This document shows positions 39,725-49,643 of a stretch of 64,000 nucleotides of DNA, one piece after another. The notes beneath the pieces were generated by a model. That model was given only the letters and a program-made list of their open reading frames with translations, did no database searches and was not told where the DNA came from. This stretch comes from Fidelibacterota bacterium (GTDB lineage: Bacteria; Fidelibacterota; UBA2242), in contig JBNGDF010000006.1 in NCBI GenBank assembly GCA_049975265.1, forward strand, positions 2,360-66,359, in the 5' to 3' direction. The translations under genes were made by a program, and so were the position numbers. Positions within the stretch are counted from its first letter, which is position 1. Every line of letters begins with the position of its first letter.

Positions 39725-40515
39725 CAGTGGGAAATAATTACAAAAACCTCTTCTACGGTGTTTAAATCGGCATTTGAACGGATAATCGCCGTCTGATAGG
39801 GTTCGTGCTCCGCCCGCCGAATCTCCACCACCTCGCCGACGACAATGTCCGGTGGATAGATTTCGCTGTATCCCGAGGTCAGCACCAACTCTCCGGGATG
39901 TATTTCCGCAGTTGCCGGAACCTCCCTGACTTCAGCCAAACCGTTCGCCCGCCACATTACAATTCCCAGCACCCGGGAATTTTGAAATTTTACACTCAGT
40001 CGGAAATTGACATCGCTATACACCTGACACTGTGTCGTCTTATCCCCCACGGCAATGGTCTTTCCGATAATTCCCCTGGTGCTGATAACCGCCCGGTTGG
40101 GCGTGACTCCATGCTTACGACCGATATTGAGCAGGATGGAATTTGCCACCGGCGATGTGCCCCGGTTGATCACCTTTGCCGGTACCAACGTATAGCTGGT
40201 GCTGTCCATAAATCCCAGCATGCTCTGCAGGCGTCGGTTTTCCCGATAGGCTTCCAGGAATTCCAGGTTTTGCAGTCTGAGCCGCATATTCTCCTGCCGC
40301 AACACCTCATTTTCCTTTAATAATCCGGATAGGTTTTGAATCCAGATATTGGGATAGTGAACAAAGGCAAACAGGTCGCTGACTTCACCCTGAAACGTCC
40401 GCAGCTCCGGCGCTTCGCTCATCATCAGGATACTGAGTGAGAGCACAATCAGGACGACTAACAGGAGATAATCATAATAGTCAAAGAAAAAGAATACAAT
40501 TTTATGCCACATCAA
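39724..40515 (-). CDS. mreC: Rod shape-determining protein MreC
   Basis: TM + coiled coil (EN.RL..ML), A.VI.R, TSGY..IYP.DI.VG. Confidence 0.93.
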   Translation of the reverse strand: MMWHKIVFFFFDYYDYLLLVVLIVLSLSILMMSEAPELRTFQGEVSDLFAFVHYPNIWIQNLSGLLKENEVLRQENMRLRLQNLEFLEAYRENRRLQSMLGFMDSTSYTLVPAKVINRGTSPVANSILLNIGRKHGVTPNRAVISTRGIIGKTIAVGDKTTQCQVYSDVNFRLSVKFQNSRVLGIVMWRANGLAEVREVPATAEIHPGELVLTSGYSEIYPPDIVVGEVVEIRRAEHEPYQTAIIRSNADLNTVEEVFVIISH

Positions 40516-40518
40516 AGA

Positions 40519-41532
40519 CTACACTAGGACTTCTTTGTATTTATCAATATCTTCAATAATCAGGCCGGTGCCCCGAACCACGGAAAGCAGCGGCTCTTCA
40601 GCCACATTAACCGGCAGATCGGTCTCCACCCGGATGCGCTGATCCAGCCCTTTCAGCTGCGCACCACCGCCGGTGAGAATGATACCGCGATCCAGAATAT
40701 CGGAGGACAGTTCGGGCGGGGTCATCTCCAGCGCCTGTTTGATCGCCTGGGCAATCAGATCGATGGTATCCTTGAGACATTCCCGAATTTCGACGGAGGA
40801 TACCTCGATGGTTTTGGGGATACCCGCTACCAGACTGCGCCCCTTGACCGAAATAGTGGTATCGTTAATCGGCATCGCCGACCCGACGGTGCATTTGATC
40901 CACTCCGCAGTGCGCTCACCGATCAGAAGATTATGTTCCCCTTTAAAATACTGGATAATAGCATCGTCCATCTCATCTCCGGCAATCCGGATCGCCTGCT
41001 TGGTCACAATCCCGTTCAGGGCGATAACCGCTATCTCGGTGGTTCCGCCGCCGATATCGACAATGATATTGCCCACCGGCTTGGATATGTCGATTCCGAT
41101 CCCGATCGCCGCCGCCACGGGCTCTTCCACCAGATAGACCTCCCGGGCATTGGCGCGATCAGCGGAATCCCGTACTGCCCGTTTTTCGACTTCGGTGATA
41201 CCGGAAGGAATGCAGATGACAATTCGCGGTCGTGCAATCCGGCTCATGCTGATTTTTCGAATAAATCCGCGGATCATGGCATCGGTCATCTCAAAATCCG
41301 CAATCACCCCGTCTTTCAGAGGGCGTATCGTCGTAATATCCCGGTGGGTCTTTCCGAGCATCTCCTTGGCGTCACTGCCCACCGCTAACACCTCTCCATC
41401 GTGAGTCGAGCGGGCGACTATACTCGGTTCATCCAGAAGGATTCCCTTACCCTTCATGTAGATCAGGGTATTGGCTGTACCCAGATCAATTGCGATATCA
41501 CCGCCAAAAAAGTGAAAAAACGAGAATCCCAT
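40519..41532 (-). CDS. mreB: Rod shape-determining protein MreB
   Basis: IAIDLGTANT, IRPLKDGVIADF, DIGGGTTE, LTGGGA. Confidence 0.98.
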   Translation of the reverse strand: MGFSFFHFFGGDIAIDLGTANTLIYMKGKGILLDEPSIVARSTHDGEVLAVGSDAKEMLGKTHRDITTIRPLKDGVIADFEMTDAMIRGFIRKISMSRIARPRIVICIPSGITEVEKRAVRDSADRANAREVYLVEEPVAAAIGIGIDISKPVGNIIVDIGGGTTEIAVIALNGIVTKQAIRIAGDEMDDAIIQYFKGEHNLLIGERTAEWIKCTVGSAMPINDTTISVKGRSLVAGIPKTIEVSSVEIRECLKDTIDLIAQAIKQALEMTPPELSSDILDRGIILTGGGAQLKGLDQRIRVETDLPVNVAEEPLLSVVRGTGLIIEDIDKYKEVLV

Positions 41533-41546
41533 AATAGCTCCAATAA

Positions 41547-43094
41547 TTAATGTTTAAAAACGCGTTTATGTGTAAAAATCATAAACATGCCGTGCTCATT
41601 GCAGGCTTCGATAACCTCCTGATCCCGAATGCTGCCGCCGGGCTGAATAATCCCCACAAGCCCATGTTCAGCCGCCAGATCAACAGAATCCCGGAACGGA
41701 AAAAAGGCGTCGGAAGCGACGATCCCGTTTTTCAGCGAAAGCCCCGCTTCACCGGATTTCCGAAGTGCGATTTTCAGGGAATCCACCCGGGACATCTGAC
41801 CGGCACCCACCCCGAGCGTGCCCTCACCGTCCGCCAGCACAATGGCGTTGGACTTGACATGTTTTACCACATGCCACCCGATGCGCAGCGCTTCGTAAAA
41901 CTGCTGCCCGGGACCCGCTTTGGTCACCTGCTCCCACCGCCGTTCATCATCACGAGGAATCTGAATCTCCTGAATCAGTAACCCCTCTCCGTATGAACGG
42001 ACATCATAGGGAAACGCTAAGTATTCTTCATTCGGAATCAGTAACCGCAGGTTTTTACGCCTGCTCAAAATCTCCCGCGCAGCCGGTGTAAACTCCGGTG
42101 CAATGATACATTCCAGAAAACTTTTGGTAAACTCCTCCGCCAGCTCCTCCTCCACCGGCGCATTCACGCCGACGATGCCGCCGTAATAACTCACCGGGTC
42201 CGCCTGGACCGCCCGCCGATAGGCTGCCAGCACTGAATCCGCCACCCCGAATCCGCAGGGATTGGTGTGCTTCAAATTGACACAGACAGTCCGATCAGTG
42301 GCGAAGCCGGTAGCAACCCGGTACGCCGCCAGGCAATCGACATAATTATTAAAGGATATCTCCTTTCCCTGCAGCTGTGTGAATGGCAGCGCCTCCGGCG
42401 CGGATTCGGGATTATAAAGCGCCGCCTTCTGGTCGGGGTTCTCTCCATAGCGCAGCGCCTGAATTTTACGGTAATGCGACAACCAGATATCGGGCAGACC
42501 CTCAGACAGACCATAAAAATAACGGGTAATTTCCGCATCATAATTACTGGTCAGCCGAAATACATCCCGCGCCAGCAGGCGACGATAGGACTCGTCAATG
42601 TCACCGGCGTCAAGCCGCTTTTCGAACTCCGCATATTGCGAAGGGTGAGACAAGACGGCGACACTGTGGTAATTTTTGGAGGCTGCCCGGAGCATACTTG
42701 GACCGCCGATATCGATCATTTCGATGATCTCATGATCCGCCTTACCGCCCGCCCGATAGGTTTCGGAAAAGGGGTAAAGGTTCACCACCACCAGCTGAAA
42801 GCCCACACCGCCGACCCGCTGCAAGTCCTCCAGGTGACTGCGACGGCGATTGTCCGCCAGCAAACCGGCAAAAATCAGCGGATGCAGGGTTTTCACACGC
42901 CCATCCATAATCTCCGGAAAATCGGTCAGGCTTTCGACCTTTTTCACCACTATACCATTGTCACTCAGCATTCGATACGTCCCGCCGGTACTGTAGATTT
43001 CTACCTGCCGGGCTTCGAGTTTGCGGGCTAAGGATACGATCCCGGTTTTGTCCCAGACACTCAGAATAGCGCGCTTGATTGTAAAATCATTCAT
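41547..43094 (-). CDS. purH: Bifunctional AICAR transformylase/IMP cyclohydrolase
   Basis: RAILSVWDKTG, GRVKTLHP, IDIGGPSMLRAASKN, LRYGENP, ASDAFFPF, FKH; ATGA overlap with purN. Confidence 0.97.
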   Translation of the reverse strand: MNDFTIKRAILSVWDKTGIVSLARKLEARQVEIYSTGGTYRMLSDNGIVVKKVESLTDFPEIMDGRVKTLHPLIFAGLLADNRRRSHLEDLQRVGGVGFQLVVVNLYPFSETYRAGGKADHEIIEMIDIGGPSMLRAASKNYHSVAVLSHPSQYAEFEKRLDAGDIDESYRRLLARDVFRLTSNYDAEITRYFYGLSEGLPDIWLSHYRKIQALRYGENPDQKAALYNPESAPEALPFTQLQGKEISFNNYVDCLAAYRVATGFATDRTVCVNLKHTNPCGFGVADSVLAAYRRAVQADPVSYYGGIVGVNAPVEEELAEEFTKSFLECIIAPEFTPAAREILSRRKNLRLLIPNEEYLAFPYDVRSYGEGLLIQEIQIPRDDERRWEQVTKAGPGQQFYEALRIGWHVVKHVKSNAIVLADGEGTLGVGAGQMSRVDSLKIALRKSGEAGLSLKNGIVASDAFFPFRDSVDLAAEHGLVGIIQPGGSIRDQEVIEACNEHGMFMIFTHKRVFKH

Positions 43095-43726
43095 CGTTCC
43101 CAAATTACATTCCCCTTGTCCACTTTTATGTTCCCGGCGCAATACGCCGCCACCACTTCAGGGAAGAGACGGTGCTCCACCGCCAAAACCCGCTTCGCCA
43201 GCGTCGCCGGCGTATCACCTTTCAAAACCGGCACCTTCTCCTGAGCAATCACAGTTCCCTGGTCATAGTGCTCATCGACAAAATGAATCGTCACTCCGGT
43301 AATCTTGACCCCCGACTCAAGCACCGCCTGATGCACCCTTTCGCCATAGAAACCCTTGCCGCCGAAATTGGGCAGCAATGCCGGATGAATATTGATAATC
43401 GCATACCGGTAACGCTGCACCACCGGTGCCGGGATCAGCTTCAAATAGCCTGCCAGCAGAATCACATCAACCTCATACGACGCCAGCAGATTCAGGAGAA
43501 AATCCACATAGTCGGAGGCACCCGAAAACTGTTTTCGGTTTATCCAGTGCGTGGGAATTTCGTTCTTTTGGGCAATTTCAAAAACCGGCGGTCGGGCATG
43601 GTCACTGATGACACAGACGATCTCGGCGTCGATTCTTCCTGCCTTTACCCCTTCCAGGACTGCCTGAAAATTGGACCCGCGACCCGATGCGAACACTGCG
43701 ATTCTCTTCAATTCCGTATCATCCAA
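43091..43726 (-). CDS. purN: Phosphoribosylglycinamide formyltransferase
   Basis: ASGRGSNF, LAGYL, INIHPALLP, GVTIHFVD..YDQG. Confidence 0.97.
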   Translation of the reverse strand: MDDTELKRIAVFASGRGSNFQAVLEGVKAGRIDAEIVCVISDHARPPVFEIAQKNEIPTHWINRKQFSGASDYVDFLLNLLASYEVDVILLAGYLKLIPAPVVQRYRYAIINIHPALLPNFGGKGFYGERVHQAVLESGVKITGVTIHFVDEHYDQGTVIAQEKVPVLKGDTPATLAKRVLAVEHRLFPEVVAAYCAGNIKVDKGNVIWER

Positions 43727-43746
43727 TCCAATCTAAAATGCATTCA

Positions 43747-43775
43747 AATTTATTCATATTCGCGAGGAAAAACAA
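43747..43775 (-). promoter_or_regulatory. Putative promoter of purN-purH-mre operon
   Basis: TTGTTT-N17-TAAATT. Confidence 0.5.
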
Positions 43776-43798
43776 TCATCGAACACGTTCGTGGGAAT

Positions 43799-44428
43799 TC
43801 ATTCCGGGCAAAAGTGCCGGATATCCTGAAGCAATTCTTCCAACTGCCGGATGTCTTCAAAAATATTAAAATTGTCCGTTTCCACGATCTTCACCGGAAA
43901 ATCCCCCTGAATGCGCTTGATCCAGCGCTCGTAGGAGATATTCAGGCGGTAGATATACTCAGGAGAGATATTCGTTTCAAAGCCCCTGGAACGTTTTTTT
44001 ATCCGTGTCAGCAGAGTGTCCACACCGGCGCGCAGGTAGAGAATCAGATCAGGTTTTTTCAGATAGGAGGTCATAATATCGAACAGAGCGCGGTAATTAT
44101 CCCAGTCCCGTTTGGACATATTTTCCATCTCATACAGATTCCGGGCAAAAATTTCCACATCCTCATAGATCGTCCGGTCCTGAACCGCCGAAAATCCGCT
44201 CTCCGTCATCATTTTATGCGTGCGGAAACGGTGGGACAGAAAATATATCTGCAGGTTGAAACTCCAGCGCTTCATATCGTCGTAAAAATCTTCCAGATAG
44301 GGATTGTCAATCACCGATTCATAATAGGGTTGCCAGCCGAAGCGATTCGCAATGATATCGGTCATGGTCGTCTTGCCCACACCGATATTCCCTGCTATGC
44401 CTATGAAATAGGTGGTCTTAGCCCTCAA
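43799..44428 (-). CDS. Deoxynucleoside kinase
   Basis: IAGNIGVGKTT, NPYLEDFY, LQIYFL, DRTIYED, R.RGFE. Confidence 0.94.
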   Translation of the reverse strand: MRAKTTYFIGIAGNIGVGKTTMTDIIANRFGWQPYYESVIDNPYLEDFYDDMKRWSFNLQIYFLSHRFRTHKMMTESGFSAVQDRTIYEDVEIFARNLYEMENMSKRDWDNYRALFDIMTSYLKKPDLILYLRAGVDTLLTRIKKRSRGFETNISPEYIYRLNISYERWIKRIQGDFPVKIVETDNFNIFEDIRQLEELLQDIRHFCPE

Positions 44429-45713
44429 CTAATTCTCCAAATGCTTCCGTTCCGACAACATGGGTTATCCGGGTGGTTTTTATACGATTCACAATTTGAG
44501 CGTCGGATTTGACATTAACCGTAATATAATTATCAGAAAGTCCCCGGTAAAGCCCCAATTTTGTTTTCTTTTCATATAATACGGCTACCTCCTGACCGAT
44601 AAATCGCTGCATAAACTGGTGTCGCTTCCGCCGGCTCAATTCCCGCAACCGGACCGAACGCTCTTTTTTGACCCGGTCTGTTACCGTATCCTCCAGTCGG
44701 TCAGCAGCGGTGCCCGGTCGCGACGAATACCGGAAGACATGCAGATAGGCGATCGGCAGCTCCTCCAGTATGTTCACCATCTCCTGAAATTGATGCTCCG
44801 TTTCACCGGGAAAACCGACCATTACATCGCTGCCGATACAGACTGACGGTATCGCCCGGGTGACTTTATGGACAAGTTCGACAAATTGCGTCACTTTGTA
44901 ACGGCGCCGCATCCGCTGTAACACCGGATCGGAACCGTGCTGCAGCGGAATGTGCATATATCTGCAAAGACGCCCCTCTTCTGCGATCATCTTAATGATG
45001 CGCTCCGAAACCAGGTCCGGCTCGATCGAGCTGATCCGTAATCGCTCTATTCGGCTTTCCTGCAGAAGAGCCGCCACCAGATCATCCAACGTATTTTCAC
45101 CGTCACGGTAACTCCCGAGATTCACACCCGTCAGTACAAGCTCCCGGAAACCCTGTTCCACCAGGCTGACCGCCTCATGAATACATGCATGAAAAGCCCG
45201 ACTGCGCGATGGTCCCCGCAGAAACGGGACGATACAGTAAGCACACCGATAATCACAGCCATCCTGAACCTTCAGATGTGCCCGGCTCAGCGATCCTTTA
45301 GCCATAACGCCTGCCGCAGGGAAGGTATCCTGCTCAAGGGTGCCGGAGACATGAATGACACAACGTTCCTGCTTCAGCTCATCGAGGTATTCCTGCAGCC
45401 GGTATTTCTCGGAATTGCCCAGTACCAGATCGACGCCGTTCACTACCGCCACGGTTTCAGGGTCCAGCTGGGGGTAACAGCCGATCACGGCAATTTTCCC
45501 CCGGGGAGAAATGCGTCGCGCTGCGGCAATGGCACCGCGGGTCTTGGCTTCCGCCTGTCGGGTCACGGCGCAGGAATTGATCACCGTCAGATCGGCAGTC
45601 TGTTTTTTATCGACAATCCGGTACCCCGCCTCCTGGAGTCCGAATTGAAGGGCATCGGATTCGGCATGATTCAGCCGGCAGCCCAGGGTTCGAAAATTGA
45701 CTGTTTTAATCAA
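44418..45713 (-). CDS. mtaB: tRNA t6A37 methylthiotransferase MtaB
   Basis: TLGCRLN, NSCAVT, KVQDGCDYRCAYC, LTGVNLG.Y, RISSIEP, HVFRYS.RPGT.A. Confidence 0.92.
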   Translation of the reverse strand: MIKTVNFRTLGCRLNHAESDALQFGLQEAGYRIVDKKQTADLTVINSCAVTRQAEAKTRGAIAAARRISPRGKIAVIGCYPQLDPETVAVVNGVDLVLGNSEKYRLQEYLDELKQERCVIHVSGTLEQDTFPAAGVMAKGSLSRAHLKVQDGCDYRCAYCIVPFLRGPSRSRAFHACIHEAVSLVEQGFRELVLTGVNLGSYRDGENTLDDLVAALLQESRIERLRISSIEPDLVSERIIKMIAEEGRLCRYMHIPLQHGSDPVLQRMRRRYKVTQFVELVHKVTRAIPSVCIGSDVMVGFPGETEHQFQEMVNILEELPIAYLHVFRYSSRPGTAADRLEDTVTDRVKKERSVRLRELSRRKRHQFMQRFIGQEVAVLYEKKTKLGLYRGLSDNYITVNVKSDAQIVNRIKTTRITHVVGTEAFGELVEG

Positions 45714-45715
45714 AA

Positions 45716-46780
45716 TCAGCGAATTTCGACGATGCTCTGATCGCCGACAATGAATCGGTTCGTATATGGTTTGGATTGAGCTTCAATGATCTGCACACTT
45801 TTACCCAGCAAACTTGCCTCAATGCGGATCTTTTGGTCCATAATTTGACATTCTTCGGAAATAATACTGTATTCCACTTCCGAATCCTTAATGACGCAAT
45901 AACGCTCGATCGAGGTATAGGGACCGATATAGGAGTTGATAATTTTGGTCCCTTTCCCGATAATGACCGGTCCGCGGATGTTGCTGTTCAGAATGTCACT
46001 TCCTTTTTCGATGATAACCCGCCCAAACACCTGACTATGCTTATCGATTTTCCCACCGATCCGGGTCGTAATATTATCCAGCACCAACCGATTCGCCTCC
46101 AGCAGATCATTCGGCTTCCCGGTATCTTTCCACCAGCCGGTAATTTCGGAAAAGGTAATCGTCAATCCCTTGTCAATCAGATACTGGTGAGCGTCGGAAA
46201 TCTCCAGCTCCCCCCGCGCGCTGGGCTTGATGGCATTGACCGCCTTGAAAATACTGCTGTCGTAAATATAGATGCCCGTCACGGCGTAGTCACTTTTTGG
46301 TTTTTTGGGTTTTTCTTCAATGCGGACGATCCGATTGTCTTTGATCTCCGGCACACCAAAGCGCTCCGGGTCAGTAACCTTTGCCAGAACCAGATGACAG
46401 TTGGACTTATTGGCGTAAAACTCACTGACAAAGCGCTTGATCCCGCCGACGATAATATTGTCACCCAGGTAAAATACAAAGGGTTCATTACCAATAAAGG
46501 GCTCGGCAATCCGGACACAATCTGCCAGTCCCGCCGGCTTTTCCTGGGGAATATAGGTAATGGATATCCCCAGTTTCTTTCCGTCACCGTACATATCACG
46601 AACCTCGGTGCCCTCCTGGTTGGTGATAATGCCCACCTCGCGAATTCCAGCCTCCTTTACATATTCCAGCGCGTAGCTCAGAATCGGTTTGTTGGCAATG
46701 GGAATCAGATGCTTGTTCTGAGTATGGGTAATAGGTCGGAGCCGAGTTCCGTGTCCGCCGGCGGTAATTAATGCTTTCAT
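45716..46780 (-). CDS. Glucose-1-phosphate thymidylyltransferase (long form with LbH C-terminus)
   Basis: AGGHGTRLRPITHT.NK.LIPIANKP, YLGDN, PSARGELEI.DA, WWKDTG. Confidence 0.92.
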   Translation of the reverse strand: MKALITAGGHGTRLRPITHTQNKHLIPIANKPILSYALEYVKEAGIREVGIITNQEGTEVRDMYGDGKKLGISITYIPQEKPAGLADCVRIAEPFIGNEPFVFYLGDNIIVGGIKRFVSEFYANKSNCHLVLAKVTDPERFGVPEIKDNRIVRIEEKPKKPKSDYAVTGIYIYDSSIFKAVNAIKPSARGELEISDAHQYLIDKGLTITFSEITGWWKDTGKPNDLLEANRLVLDNITTRIGGKIDKHSQVFGRVIIEKGSDILNSNIRGPVIIGKGTKIINSYIGPYTSIERYCVIKDSEVEYSIISEECQIMDQKIRIEASLLGKSVQIIEAQSKPYTNRFIVGDQSIVEIR

Positions 46781-46815
46781 ATTTATACTCCTAATTCTTT
46801 CATTTGCGAAAACCA

Positions 46816-46844
46816 AAATTATTGCTGGTCACACCGAAAGTCAA
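46816..46844 (-). promoter_or_regulatory. Putative promoter upstream of the thymidylyltransferase gene
   Basis: TTGACT-N17-TAATTT. Confidence 0.5.
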
Positions 46845-48151
46845 GCCTCCGGCTCAGAGGAGACTCGCCCGATCAGATCAATGCCATCGACATCTGTAAT
46901 ATTCACCGGATATATCCCGCCGGTTTCCAGCGGCTGCTCCGAACTGACTTTCACGATTCCATCGATTTCCGGAGCGTCCCAGCGGCTGCGAGCCATGTAA
47001 CCGTCCACGTGCTCCGATTCAATCAACACCTCTATCGTCTGTCCAACTTTCGACATGGCAAACTCCCGGGCGATATCCCATTGCAGCTGCATGACGATAT
47101 CCCTGCGGGAATCCTTCTCTGCCCCGGAAACATCGTCCGGCAGTTTCATTGCCCGGGTATCCTCTTCCGGTGAGTAGGTAAAAACACCCAGCCGTTCGAA
47201 GCGCAACTCTTCGATAAAATTCAGAAGATCGTTAAAATCAGCCATCGATTCCGTCGGAAAGCCCACCATGACCGAAGTTCTCAGCGCTATGGTTGGCACA
47301 TCCTTCCGCAATTGCATCAGCGTCGCCTTGATCTGTGAAGGATTGTTGCCCCGCTCCATCAATTTCAGAAGCCGGGACGAGGCGTGCTGCACCGGAATAT
47401 CCAGATAGGGACACAGTTCGGCATATTTCTGAAACAGGGTATTGAGCTCTTTTTTCCAGAAATCGGGGTGAGCGTACAGCAGACGCACCCAGGAGAAAAG
47501 CCGCGCTCCAAGCAGTTCGTCCAGCAGCGTGTACAAATCCACCCGGGGATGCAGATCGGAGCCGTAGCGGGTCAGGTCCTGGGCAATCATGATCAGCTCA
47601 CGAACCCCTTTTTCATGCAGATATGCCGCTTCTCTCAGAAGGCTGTCGATCGCCCGGCTGTGCTGTTTGCCCCGCATTAAGGGAATAGAGCAGAAGCTGC
47701 AGCTGTTGTCGCAGCCTTCGGCTATTTTCAGATAGGCGGTATAAGCCGGCGTCAACAGTGAACGAATCCGCTCAACATCCTCACAGGATTCACAGGTATT
47801 GGAGATTGTCCGGACAATCTCGGCAGCAGATTCGACTCCGAATATGCCGTCCAGCTCCGGTATCTCAGCCCGCAGCTGATCGGGATAGCGCTGCGACAGA
47901 CAGCCGGTGACATAGACCCTTTTGGCGGGATCAACCTTCTTCAATTCCAGGGTCTCCAAAATCGTATCCACCGACTCCTCCCGGGCGGTTTCAATAAAAC
48001 CGCAGGTATTGATAATGATCAGATCGGCATAAGCCGGATTGGGCTCAAATTGCAGTCGAAGCAGCTCGAGATTTCCTCTCAGCACCTCCGAATCAACGGT
48101 GTTTTTTGGACAACCCAGTGAAATGATGGAAAAGGTCTGCAAGTCAGCCAA
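46841..48151 (-). CDS. rimO: Ribosomal protein S12 methylthiotransferase
   Basis: SLGCPKNTVDSE, NTCGFI, YLKIAEGCDNSCSFC, AQDLT.YG, DAPEIDG. Confidence 0.95.
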   Translation of the reverse strand: MADLQTFSIISLGCPKNTVDSEVLRGNLELLRLQFEPNPAYADLIIINTCGFIETAREESVDTILETLELKKVDPAKRVYVTGCLSQRYPDQLRAEIPELDGIFGVESAAEIVRTISNTCESCEDVERIRSLLTPAYTAYLKIAEGCDNSCSFCSIPLMRGKQHSRAIDSLLREAAYLHEKGVRELIMIAQDLTRYGSDLHPRVDLYTLLDELLGARLFSWVRLLYAHPDFWKKELNTLFQKYAELCPYLDIPVQHASSRLLKLMERGNNPSQIKATLMQLRKDVPTIALRTSVMVGFPTESMADFNDLLNFIEELRFERLGVFTYSPEEDTRAMKLPDDVSGAEKDSRRDIVMQLQWDIAREFAMSKVGQTIEVLIESEHVDGYMARSRWDAPEIDGIVKVSSEQPLETGGIYPVNITDVDGIDLIGRVSSEPEA

Positions 48152-48158
48152 TTTATCG

Positions 48159-49643
48159 TTATTTCATCCCTTGCAAGAGTGCATCGACAAAGGTTTCCGG
48201 TTCAAACGTCACAATATCGTCGATCTTTTCGCCCACACCGAGATAGCGAATCGGTATGGATAGTTTGTGGTGAATAGCCAGTACCGCACCGCCTTTGGCG
48301 GTTCCGTCCAGTTTATTCAGGATAATCCCCGTAACCCCAACGGTGTTCATAAACTCCTGCGCCTGGACAATCCCGTTCTGTCCGGTATTTGCATCCAGAA
48401 CCAGCCAAACATCGTGGGGAGCGCCGGGCAGCTGCCTGCCGATTACCCGTTTAATTTTTACCAGCTCGTCCATCAGATTGGAACGGGTGTGCAGACGTCC
48501 GGCGGTATCGATGAGAACAGTATCGTGACCTTTTGCCAGCGCCGATTTGACGGCATCGAACGCCACGGCGGAAGGGTCCTTACCCTGCGGATTGCCCATA
48601 AAATCCGCCCCGGCACGCTCCGCCCAAACCTTTAACTGATCATATGCTGCCGCCCGAAAGGTATCCGCTGCCACCAGCAGAACCCTTTTCCCGCGACTTC
48701 GAAACCAATACCCCAGTTTCCCGATGCTTGTCGTCTTTCCGGTTCCATTGACTCCTACGAATAGAATTACCCGGGGCTTGAGGTCCCCGTCATCGGAAAT
48801 CTCATGGGTATCAATCAGCGCCTTGATTTCACCTTTCAGAATCTCGGCGAGATGCGCCGACTCACTGCGGTCCACATTTTGCAGACGATCGATTAAAACC
48901 TCCGTCAGTTCCGTACCCAGGTCCGTCGCCAGCAACGTCTCCTCAATCTTTGTCAACAAATCCCTGTCAAGGCGAAAATATTTTCCCAAAAGCGGAATCC
49001 GGGCTGCAATCCTGTGCTCGGTTTTACGCAATCCACGAGACAATTTATTTGTTCTACCGGCACCCGGCTTCTTCTTCCGGTTATAAATTTTCGTCGTGAA
49101 GGTGTAGGCATAATGAATCCAGGAAGTGACGATCAGTCCCACGGATACCCACATTATCGGAGTAACCCATTCTCCCACAACATCGGAATAGATGAACGCC
49201 AGGATCGTCGCCGATGTAAAAACAATCGAAATCTTCCCCAGCTTGTTGGCGTAAGGGGTGATTTTCAGGTTGTTCATCATATAGATGCCGACGAGCGCAA
49301 TCGACAGATCCCGAACCGCCAGAAGCATGAAATAGCCAACCGGCAGCCGATCCGACTGCAGCAGAAAGAGCATGACGCTGAAAATCACAACCTTATCGGC
49401 AAAGGGATCGAGAATCTTGCCCAAATCGGTAATCTCATTGCTGATGCGCGCCAGCCAGCCGTCCAGACTGTCGGATAAAATTGCTATCACGATAAAAATA
49501 AAGGCAATATCGCCCCGCCCGATTTTTAAATAATATATGATCGGGACGGTTAAAAATGCCCGAATAATGGAAATAATATTGGATAATGTCACAACCTTAT
49601 CGGGATGCATGGATTGATATTTTTCACGCACTCTGCTTTTCAA
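48159..49643 (-). CDS. ftsY: Fusion: CDP-alcohol phosphatidyltransferase (PgsA-like) + SRP receptor FtsY NG domain
   Basis: aa ~12-185: TLSN..S..R, DSLDGWLAR...GKILDPFADK; aa ~198-494: GVNGTGKTT, DTFRAAA, DTAGR, NKLDGTAKGG, GVGE; alternative start ATG 49610. Confidence 0.9.
   Translation of the reverse strand: MKSRVREKYQSMHPDKVVTLSNIISIIRAFLTVPIIYYLKIGRGDIAFIFIVIAILSDSLDGWLARISNEITDLGKILDPFADKVVIFSVMLFLLQSDRLPVGYFMLLAVRDLSIALVGIYMMNNLKITPYANKLGKISIVFTSATILAFIYSDVVGEWVTPIMWVSVGLIVTSWIHYAYTFTTKIYNRKKKPGAGRTNKLSRGLRKTEHRIAARIPLLGKYFRLDRDLLTKIEETLLATDLGTELTEVLIDRLQNVDRSESAHLAEILKGEIKALIDTHEISDDGDLKPRVILFVGVNGTGKTTSIGKLGYWFRSRGKRVLLVAADTFRAAAYDQLKVWAERAGADFMGNPQGKDPSAVAFDAVKSALAKGHDTVLIDTAGRLHTRSNLMDELVKIKRVIGRQLPGAPHDVWLVLDANTGQNGIVQAQEFMNTVGVTGIILNKLDGTAKGGAVLAIHHKLSIPIRYLGVGEKIDDIVTFEPETFVDALLQGMK

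Noticed and set aside
43172..44512. 446-aa plus-strand ORF
   Set aside because: Antisense to purN and the deoxynucleoside kinase, with no recognisable domain; explained by codon-bias shadowing.
45776..46771. 331-aa plus-strand ORF (and similar antisense ORFs over glyA, purH, waaA, guaB, clpB)
   Set aside because: Antisense shadows of well-conserved genes.
45716..46780. Polysaccharide or secondary-metabolite cluster around the thymidylyltransferase
   Set aside because: No rmlB/C/D or glycosyltransferase neighbours; it is an isolated gene among tRNA/ribosome-modification genes.
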